From: Hydrolagus colliei
Lineage: Eukaryota
Direction: 5' to 3'
Length of the DNA: 64,000 nt
Assembly: GCA_035084275.1 (NCBI GenBank)
Contig: CM068758.1
Span: 3,658,001 to 3,722,000, forward strand
Below, piece by piece: positions 41,343-53,698 of the stretch; positions within the stretch are counted from its first letter, which is position 1, and each line of letters begins with the position of its first letter. Position numbers and translations under genes: made by a program. The notes under the pieces are model-generated. The model was not told the DNA's origin. It saw only the letters and a program-made list of their open reading frames with translations, and did not search any database.

Positions 41343-43878
41343 CTGTCATCGTCAGTATTGTTACAAACGTAATAATAATACTATAATAATAATCCTTGCG
41401 TTTTGATATAGATACCTTATCGACGTCTCAAAAGCGCTTCACAGAATAGACTATCAAGTGAACTGATTGTGTATATTTTGCGGGCGAAACGCGGCAGCCA
41501 ATTGCGCACAGCAGCAACCCCCACACAAACAGTCGTGGATTGAAAATGACCAATTTTTATTCTTATGGGTTTTTTTGGACAGATTATCAGATTATTTGGA
41601 CCAGGCGCGTGTGTGTTGAGTAAGGAAACTTGCTCAAGATTTCACCCTGATCTGCCTGGATTCGAACACAGATCTCTCAACGCTTATAAGGCGAGTGAGT
41701 GAGTGCTCTAACCCACTGAGCTAAAAGGAGGTCCAATAACTACAACCGCAACAATCTGTTATATCTATAGTTCCAGCTGTAGCATCCCACCAGACAAGCA
41801 GTAGATCCATTCTGCCGGCAGTAAATGTCAATAGGTGTGACACCGACAGTCCATTTAACCCTCAGATACCTTCTGCTGCTTGAAAGGCGATGCATTTATC
41901 GCTCGGAAAGGCCTCTGGAAATTCGGGTCATTAAAAGGATTCGACACTTCAACGCCAGCCAGCCGAGCTGAGCCAAGACCATCAATAAATAACACTCCAG
42001 CCATTCTCTGCACTGGCTCTCTCTCTCGCTCTCTCTCTCCCCACGCTTCTCACGTTGAAAATCAAATAAAATCAAAAGATTTCACCCATAAATCTACCGC
42101 CATCCAAACATGAATCAGACTTTCCCAGGTTTTTTCCCCCCAAAGAGGTTAGCGGTGTATCGTTGCCAGTTGTTTGACTTGCCAGCGTACCTGTCTTTCT
42201 CACTTAATATCTCATTAACCGCGGGGAAAAGGATTACCCCCCCACCCCCCCCAAAAACAAACGTGTGTGTGTCTCTGCAGAGACAATAAATATGCCTGGG
42301 ACAATTATTTACAAGGGTCTTGTAATAAATTTCAGTGCGCGGCTTATAAAAGGCCAATTTGCTACAGTTATGATTCAGGCTGTTTAAATGAATGATTCCG
42401 CAGCTGAATCTCACTCACAGCTGAAATTGCCCAGTTCCTCAGCTGCCAAGCCTTGACAGCACAAGGCTGTCTGAAAATAACTCACTGAGTCGCATGAGTG
42501 AACACACTGCACGCAGAGGTTTCATTGAAATTCAACCGTGTTCCGACGAGGGACTTGTTACATATGGAGTCCTGCAGTGTACCGGTTAGAGCGCTCGCCC
42601 GGGCCAACGAGAAGACCCAGGTTCGATTCCCAGCCCGAAGCCAGGCCGAAACCATACAGACAGGTTTCCTTATATTGTACTCCCAGGGATAATAATTCCT
42701 CCAAAATTAAAACGCCTTCACTCAATCCACGAATGTTCGAGGGAACGGGTTGTTCGTCGATTATTGCGCGGGATTGCGTATCCGGGGGACTAATAACCCC
42801 TTCGAATTAAATTTAACAATAATACGTTGGACACTGCTGCCTGACTGCAATTGGCTGCCGCATTTTGCTGGCAAAACAAGTCAATTCACTTTTGCAGTAT
42901 ATCCCGCTTTGAGGCGTCTCAAATAAGTGAATAAGGTGCTATATCCTGTAGCTCAGTGGTTATTAGAGCCGCTCACTCACTCGCCTTACTAGCGTGAGAG
43001 ACCTGTGTTTAGAAGCCAGGCAGGTCAGAGCAAAACCTTGGACAAGTTTCCTTACTCCATACACACACACACTCACCCACCTACGCCTAATAGTAATATG
43101 TCAATAGAAAAACACAATAATTTTTTTTAATTGGTCATTTCAATCCACGACTGTTTGTGTATGTGTGTGTGGGGGGGGTGGGGGAAACTCTACTGTGCGC
43201 GTTTCGCTCTCCCACAAAAAAACACAGTCAATTCACTTGACAGTATATATGCTGAGAAGCGCTTTTGAGACGTCGATAAGATGTGAAAAGCCGCGATATC
43301 AAACGCCAGGATTATTATTATTATTATTATTAATATTGTATCAAATGCCAGGATTATGATTACGCTGGGTTATTATATTTAAACGTTGAACCCTGACCTT
43401 TGATTTGTTTGTGTAAGACCAGCCCCTTCCCCTCAGAGTGTCTCTGCTGGACTGTGCTCGGGGGAGTATTACACACCTCCAGCTTCTGCAATGGACTCTC
43501 ACCTGTGAATAAATCAAACGGCCGTCAGCAGATTGGATCGACGCTTATTTTACGAGTCCTGGACTCCCGTAGCAAGAGACCTGGGTTCAATTCCAAGCAA
43601 GTCATAGCGAAACCTTGGGCAAGGTTCCTTACACCACACACACACACACACACACAGCCTAATAATAGTCCCTCAAACAAAATACAACAATAAATTGGTC
43701 ATTTCAATACCTGTGGGAGAGCGAAATGCGACAGCCAATTGTGCACAGCAGCGTCTCCCCCACCCCCCCACACACACAAACAGTCGTGAACTGAAAATGA
43801 CCAATTTTTATTACTATTATAGATTTTGTTTCGTGACGGATTTTTATTACAGCGCGAAACAAAGGAAACCCCGGTTAC

Positions 43879-44080
43879 CTGAATGGTGGTTGAGTGGGAA
43901 CCTGACTTTGGTGGGCGGAGGGATGGTCCTGTCGGAGACCTTGCCGGCAATCCGGGCTCCGATCTTGGGCTGCGCGTAGTGGTTGGAATTCTGGAAGAGG
44001 CGGGGAGCGACCGTAAACCTGTGGTCGGAAATACTCTTGAGGTTTTGAGGCCGGGAGGGGTTCTGCCTGAGCCTGGGAAG
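43879..44080 (-). CDS. KIF19: KIF19-like exon 18
   Basis: LPRLRQNPSRPQNLKSISDHRFTV...IAGKVSDRTIPPPTKVRFPLNHHS (ISDHR and GKV as in KIF19); TAG/GTAAC, 202 nt. Confidence 0.85.
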
Positions 44081-44592
44081 CTACGAGAAGGGCGCGGATT
44101 TTTAATGACACAAGTTAGAATGATACTCATCCCGGCATTCGATACAGCCCCCGATCACATCTTCGAGACGTCTCAAAGCGCTTCACAAACTGTACTGCAA
44201 AGTGAATTGACTGTACGTTTGTGGGCGAAACGCGGCATGATGTCTCCAAGCACTTCACAGGTTAATTACGGACAAGCGCAGGATACACTGTAAAGTGTGA
44301 TGTGAATTGACTGTGTATTTTTGGTATATTGTAGATACCAGATTGACTGAATTGACTGTGTTTCTTTGGTACAGTATTTTGAGAATGACGTCTAGCAGCT
44401 ACAGCTCATCAATGTCCCCCTTTCTCCCCAACAATAATACGGTAATAATAATGATAAATATAATAATAACAGCAACAACAACACAGCGCCTTATCAGGTT
44501 GTTGAGACGTCTCAAAGCGCTTCCCAGAACATACCTGGGAAAGGCTATGTGACGGTGTACATGTGCGCGTGGCGTGTACCAGCCTCACTCAC

Positions 44593-45168
44593 CCCCTGAG
44601 AGTGAACCTCGAAAGATCGCGATCGTTTCTTCCTCAGCCTGTTCTCGGTGGGCTCCTCCCTCGGGTCGTATCTCCTCAGGGGCTTCGTGTTGGCCCGGCC
44701 TCCGCGGGGGGTCAGGGGTCGGCCGGAACCCTGGCGCGGGCCCCGCTCGAAGACCCCGGCCTCCGCCGAGAGCTCCGCCAGATTGGCCGCGGACGAGAGC
44801 TCAGAGTTCACGGCCGCGAAGTCCCTCTTCTTCAGGAGGACCGCCAGCCCCTGATTCTCCTTCTCGGTCTCCTCCTCCTCTTCCTCTTCCTCCTCCTCCT
44901 CCTCCTCGAGGGAATGGACAGACGCGGTATTCCTCTCCCTCTCTCTCAAGGACATCACTGTAGCCTTGAGGGGCAGGACCTGGGCTTTGGATCGGCGTTT
45001 GGCCGCGATGACAGAGATACTTTTGGTGCCTGTGACTATCTCCTCCAGGCGGCCAGAGCTCCACGGTTTGCTCGGGCCGTGAGGGATCTCGGACTTGCTG
45101 CTGTCCGTCTCCGAGGGAGTGCTGGACAGGCGACTGCGGCTGCGGTCCTTCAGGCTTAGCAGGTTCTG
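44593..45168 (-). CDS. KIF19: KIF19-like exon 17 (tail; poly-Glu)
   Basis: Contains EIVTGTKSISVIAAKRRSKA and RKKRSRSFEVHSQG, which are KIF19 tail motifs. AAG-CAG tandem acceptor (45168 or 45165), GTGAGT donor. Confidence 0.9.
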
Positions 45169-45333
45169 CTTCAGGGACACACACACACACACACACACCA
45201 AAGAGATTCAATCAAAATTCACCGGACTGGACAGCAAACATTCAACCCTCTCTGGGTGCGAAAAATGAAACACACACACCAGGTCAAAAACTAGATTGTT
45301 CCTTTGTGTTTCCGCCCACGAAACCTCACTAAC

Positions 45334-45439
45334 CTGCAGTAACAGAGGGCCGGGCAGACGGATGGGAGATGGCGTCAGCGTTGGCAACTGCTTCATGTAG
45401 CGCGACTGGGCAGTGGTGTTGAAGACTTTGATGGTGTCA
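45334..45439 (-). CDS. KIF19: KIF19-like exon 16
   Basis: DTIKVFNTTAQSRYMKQLPTLTPSPIRLPGPLLLQ (cf. KIF19 VFK...TPPPIQL); 106 nt. Confidence 0.82.
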
Positions 45440-46109
45440 CTGGGGGGGGGGGGGGGAAGCACACAATTCACACGTTACTGTACTTCGTTCCACCGTTCCG
45501 TCTTAAACCCATCTTTTATTTTAATATAAACGCTGTGACCCCAAAAAATGTCTTCAGTTGGAAGCCGCTGTCTCCTAACAAAAGGATCAGCCGTCCAATT
45601 TCAATTGGAAAGGGGTTTGAAGGGTTTCGCACGATCCTATGCTTTTATATTAAGATATAAAATGAGGTACTGTACTTTCGATATATCGAAACAGGCCATT
45701 CAGCAATAAAGGTGTGAAAATAATCTTTATTTCCTCTTGGAAAAAAAAATACCCCCAATCTTGTCACCAATGACCCCAATTTTCAAACCCAACTAATTCT
45801 CTCCGCTCAGCTAAAGACCTTGCTTTCAACTGTGCCTTCGGTCACCCCCCCCCACTCTCTCTCTCCCCCCTGGCTCGGGCCCCGGGATCCGTTATTGTGA
45901 AGCGCTCTGAGACGCCATCCGGCGTAGAGTGAGGGAGTGAGGGCGCGATATAAATCCAAGTTGTTGTTGCTCTCCGAGTTAACGGCCGACTTGACCATTT
46001 GGTCAACTCCCATCCCAACTGTTTCATGTCAGACACAATTATCACCAGAAAGGTTTTTTTTTAAAAAGTTTTGGGAAAAGGTTTATTATTTTGAAGCTGA
46101 AATACCCAC

Positions 46110-46282
46110 CCTTCGTGTTCAGAGAGGATGGGAGGCAGCGAGGAGTCCTTGGCCCTCGGATGAAGCAGTTTCTTACTCTCGTGGACAGCCATCCTCGGCC
46201 TCAGGTCGTCTTTACCGGGGTCCGTCGCCGCCACATACTCGCCCAGGTTTAGCTGGCGAGCGATGTTCAGGATGGTGCCATC
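46110..46282 (-). CDS. KIF19: KIF19-like exon 15
   Basis: DGTILNIARQLNLGEYVAATDPGKDDLRPRMAVHESKKLLHPRAKDSSLPPILSEHE; open frame, TAG/GTGGGT, 173 nt. Phases fit both neighbours. Confidence 0.8.
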
Positions 46283-46881
46283 CTAGTCAGACACACGGCA
46301 GTTAACACCCTGGGACTCTTCGGGAACTGGGAACAGCCATTAAACTCCCTTACAACAACAACAACAACATTTACAATGTATAAGCCGCGCCTTTCATGTC
46401 AGGGAGACGGTCCCGACCTCTCCTTCCTAAGCGAGAAACTTGGGATCATTTTTCCGGGGGAAATTGGCTCCCGCGTTTCGCCCACAAAAAATAGTCAATT
46501 CACTTGACAGTATACTACTGTGAAGCACTTTGAGACACAGTCTAGAAGACGTGAAAAGCCGCTGAATCAAATGCAAGTATTATTATTATTATTATTACCC
46601 TTTGGTACTCTCTCCCTAAACTCCTCTGCCCCCACTGCCTCACACCCTCTCCCCCTCCCCACAAAAACACTCCCTCTCTCCACCTTTAAAAGATTCCTGA
46701 AGGCGTTCGTCTTTGACTGAGCCTCCCTTCACTGGGAGGATATACTGTCAAGTGAATTGACTGTATATTTGTGGGCGAAACGCAGCAGCCCAATTGACTC
46801 GAGAGAGGGGATGGACTGTTGGGTTAACAGGCGAGGTGGAGGCTGTGTGTGTGTGTGTGTGTGCGTGTGCGTGTGCTTTAC

Positions 46882-47003
46882 CCTCAGTGTGTTTGCGGTG
46901 ATGGTGTGGAGGGTAGACAGACTTTCCAGCGTCCCCCCTTCCATCTCCTCAAAGTAGATAGCATAGAGCTCCTGCAGCTGCTTGGGAACCTGTAAGTTGT
47001 GGT
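46882..47003 (-). CDS. KIF19: KIF19-like exon 14
   Basis: (D)HNLQVPKQLQELYAIYFEEMEGGTLESLSTLHTITANTLR; 122 nt. Confidence 0.9.
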
Positions 47004-47100
47004 CTGGAGGGAGACAGGAACACAAGAAATCAGCAGCCAGACTCGCTCACTAAATACAACAACAACAACAAAATTGCACTTATATAGCGCCTTTCACGTC

Positions 47101-47180
47101 GGGAGGGGGGGAGGGAGGGAGGGAGGGGGGGAGGGAGGGAGGGAGGGAGGGAGGGGGGGAGGGAGGGAGGGAAAGGGAAA
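47101..47180 (+). repeat. (GGGA)n purine tract, G-quadruplex/triplex-prone
   Basis: More than 12 consecutive G3+ runs; a similar (GGGT)n tract lies at 57767-57860. Confidence 0.85.
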
Positions 47181-49078
47181 GACATTTGGACAATTCAATC
47201 GATGGCTGGAATTCTCAGTGACATTTTATCCGTTGATGATGTGGTCGCGCGGGGAGCCTCCAAGTGCCTGAGCGAATACGAATGATAAGAATGGCAAACT
47301 ATTCACGAGGGCTCACTTTAATTACAGCAGTAAGCCATCTCCCGAGTCTCACACAAGGGAAGGCTTCAGATATTACCAAACCAAATCACATTAAAGGCGT
47401 ACAGAACTGCGTCTGTGGGGCACACGCCGTGAGGGTAGAAGGAATCCTGAGTGTACAATTAAGATCCATTAAAATTCAATGAAAACCCAGAAAACACCGA
47501 GAGGCAAAAACAAAAATCGGCGAGGCTGAGGCTGAGACTGTCTAGCGCAATGTCTGACGAACGATTGTATTTCCCAGCGTTAAATGCCGGCCCAGAGCAC
47601 TGAACGAGATCACTTTACGGCGGATTTTACCTGTAGCTCAGTGGGTTAGAGACACTCGCTCGCCTTACAAGCGTGAGAGAGAACCTGTGTTTCGAATCCA
47701 GGCAGGTCAGGTTCGAGCCAAACCTTGGGCAAGTTTCCTTACTCCACACACACAGACACACACCTAATAATAATCCATCGATCCCTCCCTCTGCCTCGCC
47801 CCCTCCCGCTGCCTCTCCTCCTCCCTCCCTTCCCATCCTCAAATCCTGCCTGTGATTTTTTATTTATTATTAAAGACCTTCCTTTTTGATCGCGCTTACA
47901 GTCACGTCTCCCCCACCGCAACCTCCCCCTCTCCCCTCCCACCCTCTGCCACCCACCGCACCCCCCCCCCCCCCCCCCCCCACCAGCCTCTCCCCAGCTC
48001 AGAGTTCAGTCTCCCCCACTGTCGAGGTCTCTGGGAAGCCTTGTCACCTGATTGCCACTCGTGTAAACGCCACTTGAAGCATTTAATGGTGCCTTACAGG
48101 AAAAACCTGAAGTAGTTTCTCTCGCTTCTCTCTCTCTGGCTTTCTCTAGTTCTCTGTGTCTCCCTCTCCTGGTCTACATACAGGCCAACAAATGCATGTA
48201 TATAATATATATGTATCAAATAATAACCCTCTCGGTGTCTCCCATCGCGTGGCTGTGTGCAGGGAGATTGCCGTGAGCAAACTAAGGCGCGAGATGGGCG
48301 TGACACACACACACGCGCGTGCGCGCACGCACACACGACCACAACACTTTATAGGAAACCCAGGCCGAAGGATTCGAGGGGGTTCCACTGGGGTTGTGAA
48401 ACAACAATAACAACAACAACAAAATGACACTTGTACAGATAGAGCCTTTCACGTCAGGAGGACGTCCCGAGGCGCTGGACAGTCACTGCGTCAGACCCGA
48501 GCTGAGGAGAGGGGGAGAGAGGGAAGGGAAATGGGGCGGGGGGGGGGGATTAGGAGTTGCTGATGGGTCCATCGAAGAGGAGAGTCTTGAGGTGAGACTT
48601 GAAGGCGGCCAGGGAGGGGGGAGCGAGGCGGGGAGGGACTGCGGGATGGAATTCCAGAGGTTGGGGGAAGGCAGAGTGGCTGAGCCGAGGGAGGGAGGGA
48701 GGGAGGGTCGGTGGGTTGCAGGTTGGTAAGGGGATGGTATAATAGTATTATTATACTAATAATAATCCCTACTAAAAAAAGACAATAGAATTGGTCATTT
48801 TCAATCGATGACTGTTTGTGGGGGGGACGCTGCTGTGCGCAATTAATCGGCTGCCGCGTTTCGCCCACATGTACACAGTCAATTCACTTTACAGCATATT
48901 CTGTGAAGCGCTTTGAGACACAGTCTGGAAGACCTGAAAAGTCTCTGTATCAAATGCAAGGATTATTATCATCAATAATAGATCACGGACGTAGAGGGGT
49001 GGGGTGGGAGGGGAGGGACGAGACGAGACGAGGTTGTGGAGGGCTTTAAACGCCAGGGCTCTGGGGGCAGCCGCGTAC

Positions 49079-49337
49079 CCTCTATGAGCTGCCTCTGTTG
49101 CTGGATCACCTCATCGCAGAGGGTTCTGTGCTGCTCGTATCGTTGGATGACAAAGTCCTTCTGCTGGTGGAGATCCTCTTTGCGCAGGGCTGCCGACTGT
49201 ATCTCCGTGTTCTCCACCTCCAGCTCGTGTACCTTACACAGCAAGCTCAGGACCTCCTGCTGGTCCTCGCTGCTCAGGCATTTGGGCAACACCTCCTCCA
49301 TCTTGCAGACCTTCACCTTGGTGTCTCCTAGTTTCTG
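49079..49337 (-). CDS. KIF19: KIF19-like exon 13 (5' end in assembly gap)
   Basis: QKLGDTKVKVCKMEEVLPKCLSSEDQQEVLSLLCKVHELEVENTEIQS...HRTLCDEVIQQQRQLIE; donor G|GTACGC. Confidence 0.92.
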
Positions 49338-49590
49338 NNNNNNNNNNNNNNNNNNNNNNNNNNNNNNNNNNNNNNNNNNNNNNNNNNNNNNNNNNNNNNN
49401 NNNNNNNNNNNNNNNNNNNNNNNNNNNNNNNNNNNNNNNNNNNNNNNNNNNNNNNNNNNNNNNNNNNNNNNNNNNNNNNNNNNNNNNNNNNNNNNNNNNN
49501 NNNNNNNNNNNNNNNNNNNNNNNNNNNNNNNNNNNNNNNNNNNNNNNNNNNNNNNNNNNNNNNNNNNNNNNNNNNNNNNNNNNNNNNNNN
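49338..49590. other. Assembly gap (253 N)
   Basis: Run of N that probably hides the acceptor and about 4 codons of KIF19-like exon 13. Confidence 1.
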
Positions 49591-50044
49591 NATGATAACA
49601 ATATTAATAATGTTCGTAAATCAGTCACTTTTAACCCACGACTGTTTTTTTGTGGTGGGGACGCTGCTGTGCATAATTGACTGTCGCGTTTCTCCCACAA
49701 AACATGCAGTCAGTTCGCTTTACACTACGTTCAGGTGAAGCGCTTTGAGACGTCTCGGAGACGTGATGCGGCTCTACGTGAAATGCAAGGATTATGATTA
49801 TATTATTAACATTTCTCCTTCCCCCACCACTCCCCCCCCCCCCCCCTCCCTCCCCCACCCCCCACCCCACAAAGTAGAGCCTAGTGCGGAGTGGGAGAGA
49901 GAGAGAGAACGGGTGTTGGGTTACAGGGAACATCTTTTGATCTGTCTCAGAAATAAAATCTCTTTCGCCGGGAGTCCGAAAGTCAGTAATGGTTCCCAGC
50001 CACCGAAAAATGTTTGCCAACCGACGCTCTGAGGTTTGTCTCAC

Positions 50045-50297
50045 CTTAAGGACAGCCGTTTTCCTTTGTTCGGCTAAAAGCATGGTGATCTCCTCCCGAG
50101 CCATAGTGACTTCAACAGGCTCGCTCGTGTCCGAGTCTCCGCCTGTCCCGGATTGCTTTCCTCCACCTCTTCCTCCCACTCTCCCTCCTCCTTCTCCTCC
50201 CCCTCCCCCTCCGCCAGACTCCTTCCTCTGACCCGCTTTCTCCCTCCATTGCTCTTCCCTCCACCTCCGAGCCCGGTCGGCTTTCTCCCGTTCCCAG
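50045..50297 (-). CDS. KIF19: KIF19-like exon 12 (Gly-rich insert)
   Basis: WEREKADRARRWREEQW...DTSEPVEVTMAREEITMLLAEQRKTAVLK; 253 nt, in phase. Confidence 0.9.
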
Positions 50298-50952
50298 CTG
50301 AAAGAAAACATGAGCTCAGGTCGACCCTTCCACCCGAGAACTTTCCGAACCCGAAACAATTACGGTGGAGAAACAAATGCGAGTTGTGGGAAAGGTGCGT
50401 GTACTAGGTGGGGGGGGGGGGAGGTAGGAGTGGGGGTGTTTGTGGTGGGGGGGTGAGCTGCTGTGATAGAATCTGAGAGCGAAGGAGGAGTCCGCGTCTG
50501 TGCTTTGAAAGAACCGCTAACCCACCACCCACCCACCTCCGCACCCCCCTCCACCCTGCTCTCTCCCAAATGCCCGGCACATCTTAATCTCTCCGCGCAA
50601 CTATCCCAATCCCTATCGAAAGGGAGTATTTAACGCCGAAGCGCAAAGACAAGGAATTCTATATTTGCCAGATAAATATATCATTAAATTGGTCATTTCG
50701 ATCCGCGGCTGTTTCTGTGTGTGTTGGGGGTGTGGGGGGGGAACGTGCGTAAACGGCTGCCCGCGTTTCGCTCTCCCACAAAAATATATATATATATATA
50801 CACAGTCAATTCACTTGACAGTATAAACAACAACAACAACAACTCGCACGTAGGTGTACAGCGCCCCCTTCAGGCAGGGGTAGCTCCCTCTCACCCACCC
50901 ACCCAGACACACACACACAGTTCCCGCCCTCCCTCCCTCCCGGGTTACTCAC

Positions 50953-51127
50953 TCGGCTATGGTGAGCAGGTGCCTGGAGGTGTTGATGTGAAGCTCGATG
51001 TTGGTGTTCTCCAGCTCCATCAGGCTGCGGCGTATCTCCATCTGTTGCCGGAACGCACTCCTCAGCTGCTCCCGGACTCTGCCCATCTCTCCCCGGTTAC
51101 ACCGCACTGAGTGTTGCTGGACCTCCG
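50953..51127 (-). CDS. KIF19: KIF19-like exon 11
   Basis: (A)EVQQHSVRCNRGEMGRVREQLRSAFRQQMEIRRSLMELENTNIELHINTSRHLLTIA; 175 nt, GTGAGT donor. Confidence 0.94.
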
Positions 51128-52612
51128 CTGGAAGTGCGCAGACAAGACGATACATACAGTCATATACAATAATAACAATAATAATAATAATAATAATCCT
51201 TGTCATTTGATACAGCGGCTTTTCACATCTTATCGACTGTGTCCCAAAGCGCTTCACAGAATATACTGTAAAGTGAATTGACTGTACATATATAATATAT
51301 ATTTGTGGGTGAAACGCGGCAGCCGATTGCGCACAGCAGCGTTTCTTCCCCCCCACCCCCCCCCCCGCACACACACACACACACACAAACAGTCATGGGT
51401 TGAAAATGACTAATTTGATTATTGTGCTTATTTTTTTGGGGGGGGGGGAACGGATTATCATTAGGCGCGTGTGTGTGTGTGTGTGTGTGTGTGTGGAGAG
51501 TAAGGAAACTTGCCCAAGGTTTCGCCCTTGACCTGACCTGTCTGGATTCGAACACAGGTCTCTCTCACGCTTGTAAGGCGAGTGAGTGAGCGCTCTAACC
51601 CACTGAGCTCCAGGAGCTCCACACATCCAAGATATCTACAGCCGTGAAGGAGTTTGGAACAAGAGCATTTGTTCTCTCTGGTTCCCCCAGCTTATTCCCC
51701 CCTTTTTTTTCTCTTCCCCCCCACTTCTCCCCTCTTCCCAATTGGGAATTCTGATCATGGAGTCCCCTGTAGTTCAGTGGGTTAGAGCGCTCGCCTTACA
51801 AGCGTGAGACCTGTGTTCGAATCCAGGCAGGTCAGGTCAGGGTGAAACCTTGGGCAAATTCAAACCGTCAAATCCTTCTCTCATTTTTTTCTCTCAAAGC
51901 AGCCAGTTTCCAGAAAGACAGACAGACACACACACACACACACACCCTGCACACGTATAACAGAACCTCCCACGTGTTGTGTTTCTGACAGGCCGAGGTC
52001 GGGACTGCGCTCGATCGATTCCGTAAGCGAATGATCCAAACTAAATATGGCTGGAGGACATATGAACTGTTGTCCAGCAGTGGGCAATGTCACTTAGCAA
52101 ATAGCTCCAGCTTCCTGTGCTGCAGTGTGTTTAGTCTGTACACGTCTCTCTCTCTCTGTTTATAATAATAATACTGTAATAATAAGCCTTACATTTTGAG
52201 ATAGCAGCTTTACACATCTTATCGACGTCTCAAAAGCGCTTCACGGAATGCACTGTAAAGTACTGTACTGTATATATTTGTATATATTCTTTAAAAAACA
52301 ATACTAAAATTGTCAATTTTATTCCGTTCATTTTCAATCCACGACTGTTTGTGTGTGAGGGAACGGATGCTGCTGTGCGTAATCGGCAGCCGAGTTTCGC
52401 CCACAAATATATATATATATATATACAGTCAATTCACTTTACAGTATATATTCTGTGAAGCGCTTTGAGACATCGATGAGATGTGAAAAGCCGCGATATC
52501 AAATGCAAGGATTATTATAATAATAATAATTATTATTATTATTATTATTATGTTCCTCCGGATTTTCAATCCCCGGGTCTCTCTGGCTTGCGAGGCCGAG
52601 CACTTCACCTAC

Positions 52613-52768
52613 CCTGAATGTCTCTATATTGGCCTTTTCCAATCTCCGTCGCTCGGGACCCTGCTCATCGATCTTGGATTAGAGCCGGTCGATTTCCTTC
52701 CTGAGATCGGTGATGATGTTGGTGTACTGGGTGATGTGATACGAGATGTTCAACAGGTTGCGTTTCAC
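52613..52768 (-). CDS. KIF19: KIF19-like exon 10 (neck/coiled coil), disrupted as assembled
   Basis: VKRNLLNISYHITQYTNIITDLRKEIDRL*SKIDEQG...; TAA at 52681-52679. The exon is 156 nt to the homologous donor but needs 3n+1. Confidence 0.88.
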
Positions 52769-52845
52769 CTGAAGAAGTCCAAAGGGGGTGGGTGGGGGGG
52801 GAATGAGAAAAACCAAGAGAAAGGTTTATAAAAAATACTCCCATA

Positions 52846-53698
52846 TGTTGGAAACTGATGGGTATGGGCACCATAGACTGGACAGTACCAGTTTATGACT
52901 CTCGATTTGCGGAGTATGAGAGATAAGGGCCATCTGGACACAAGGAAAAGCTTTGAAGCGTGGATTGGGAGAATGGAATGCTTGTCTAATGTCTTCGAGT
53001 GTAAACGAACCACTCTTGTAGGGACAGCAGAGTAGTGTAAACATGACTCCCTCCTGTCCCAGGTTGGACAGGACAAAGAAAGGGACAAATGATGGATCAC
53101 AAATCTTGGTACTAGCCAGGAAGGATGTCAGCTAAGGAGGTTGGCATCAACAGAGTGTTCTTCTCTGATTGGAACTGAGATAAGGAAGCTACTGTGTCTA
53201 CATTACTCTGCAACTCCCATTAATATCATTAGACAAGACAAAGAAGATGTTAGAACATCAGAGATGAGGGTAAGGTTGGGACTGGTCAGGGTCAGGAGGA
53301 TTTCTGGGTATAAAGATAGGAGAGAAAGAGTGTCTCATTACAACAGTTGGGGAGTGTCTCAGAGTAAACTGAGATCTCCAGCCTGACACTGTTGTCCAGA
53401 ACTACTGTAACAGGTCATGGTTCAGTTGTTTTGTTTTACAGGCAGTTAGATCAGTTCGACCCGTAGACTTGCAGGACCAGTCCAGATAAAGCATCAGTAT
53501 AGCAGCCGACAGAATGAACACCATCTTGAGACCAACCCACGTTCGATTCAGCTGAATCCTGTTTTAACCGATAGTATACCTCTGTATTTTAACCAGTCTG
53601 TATTTCACACTGTGTGAGTTTATATATATTAAAAACTATACCTTTTATTAAGGATTGTTGGGTCATCATTTGAACTCTCGGGATCGGAAATTCCAACA
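52846..53698 (+). mobile_element. Solo LTR (ERV class I- or gypsy-like), 853 bp
   Basis: Termini TGTTGGAA...TTCCAACA form a perfect 8-bp inverted repeat (TG...CA). Flanked by a CATA duplication (52842-52845 and 53699-53702). TATAAA at ~53309, ATTAAA at ~53628. Confidence 0.85.

Noticed and set aside
44563-45159. 198-aa plus-strand ORF, and similar ORFs at 43883-44293, 49036-49680 and 52550-52831
   Set aside because: Antisense shadows of GC-rich kinesin exons with no independent gene signals.
52679-52681. Programmed readthrough or selenocysteine at the exon 10 stop
   Set aside because: The codon is UAA followed by U, a poor readthrough context. It is not UGA, and no SECIS is evident.
52826-53100. 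LINE-like peptide hints (FTLEDIRQAF, CPDG) on the minus strand
   Set aside because: Spread across frames and contained in an element better explained as a solo LTR by its termini and TSD.
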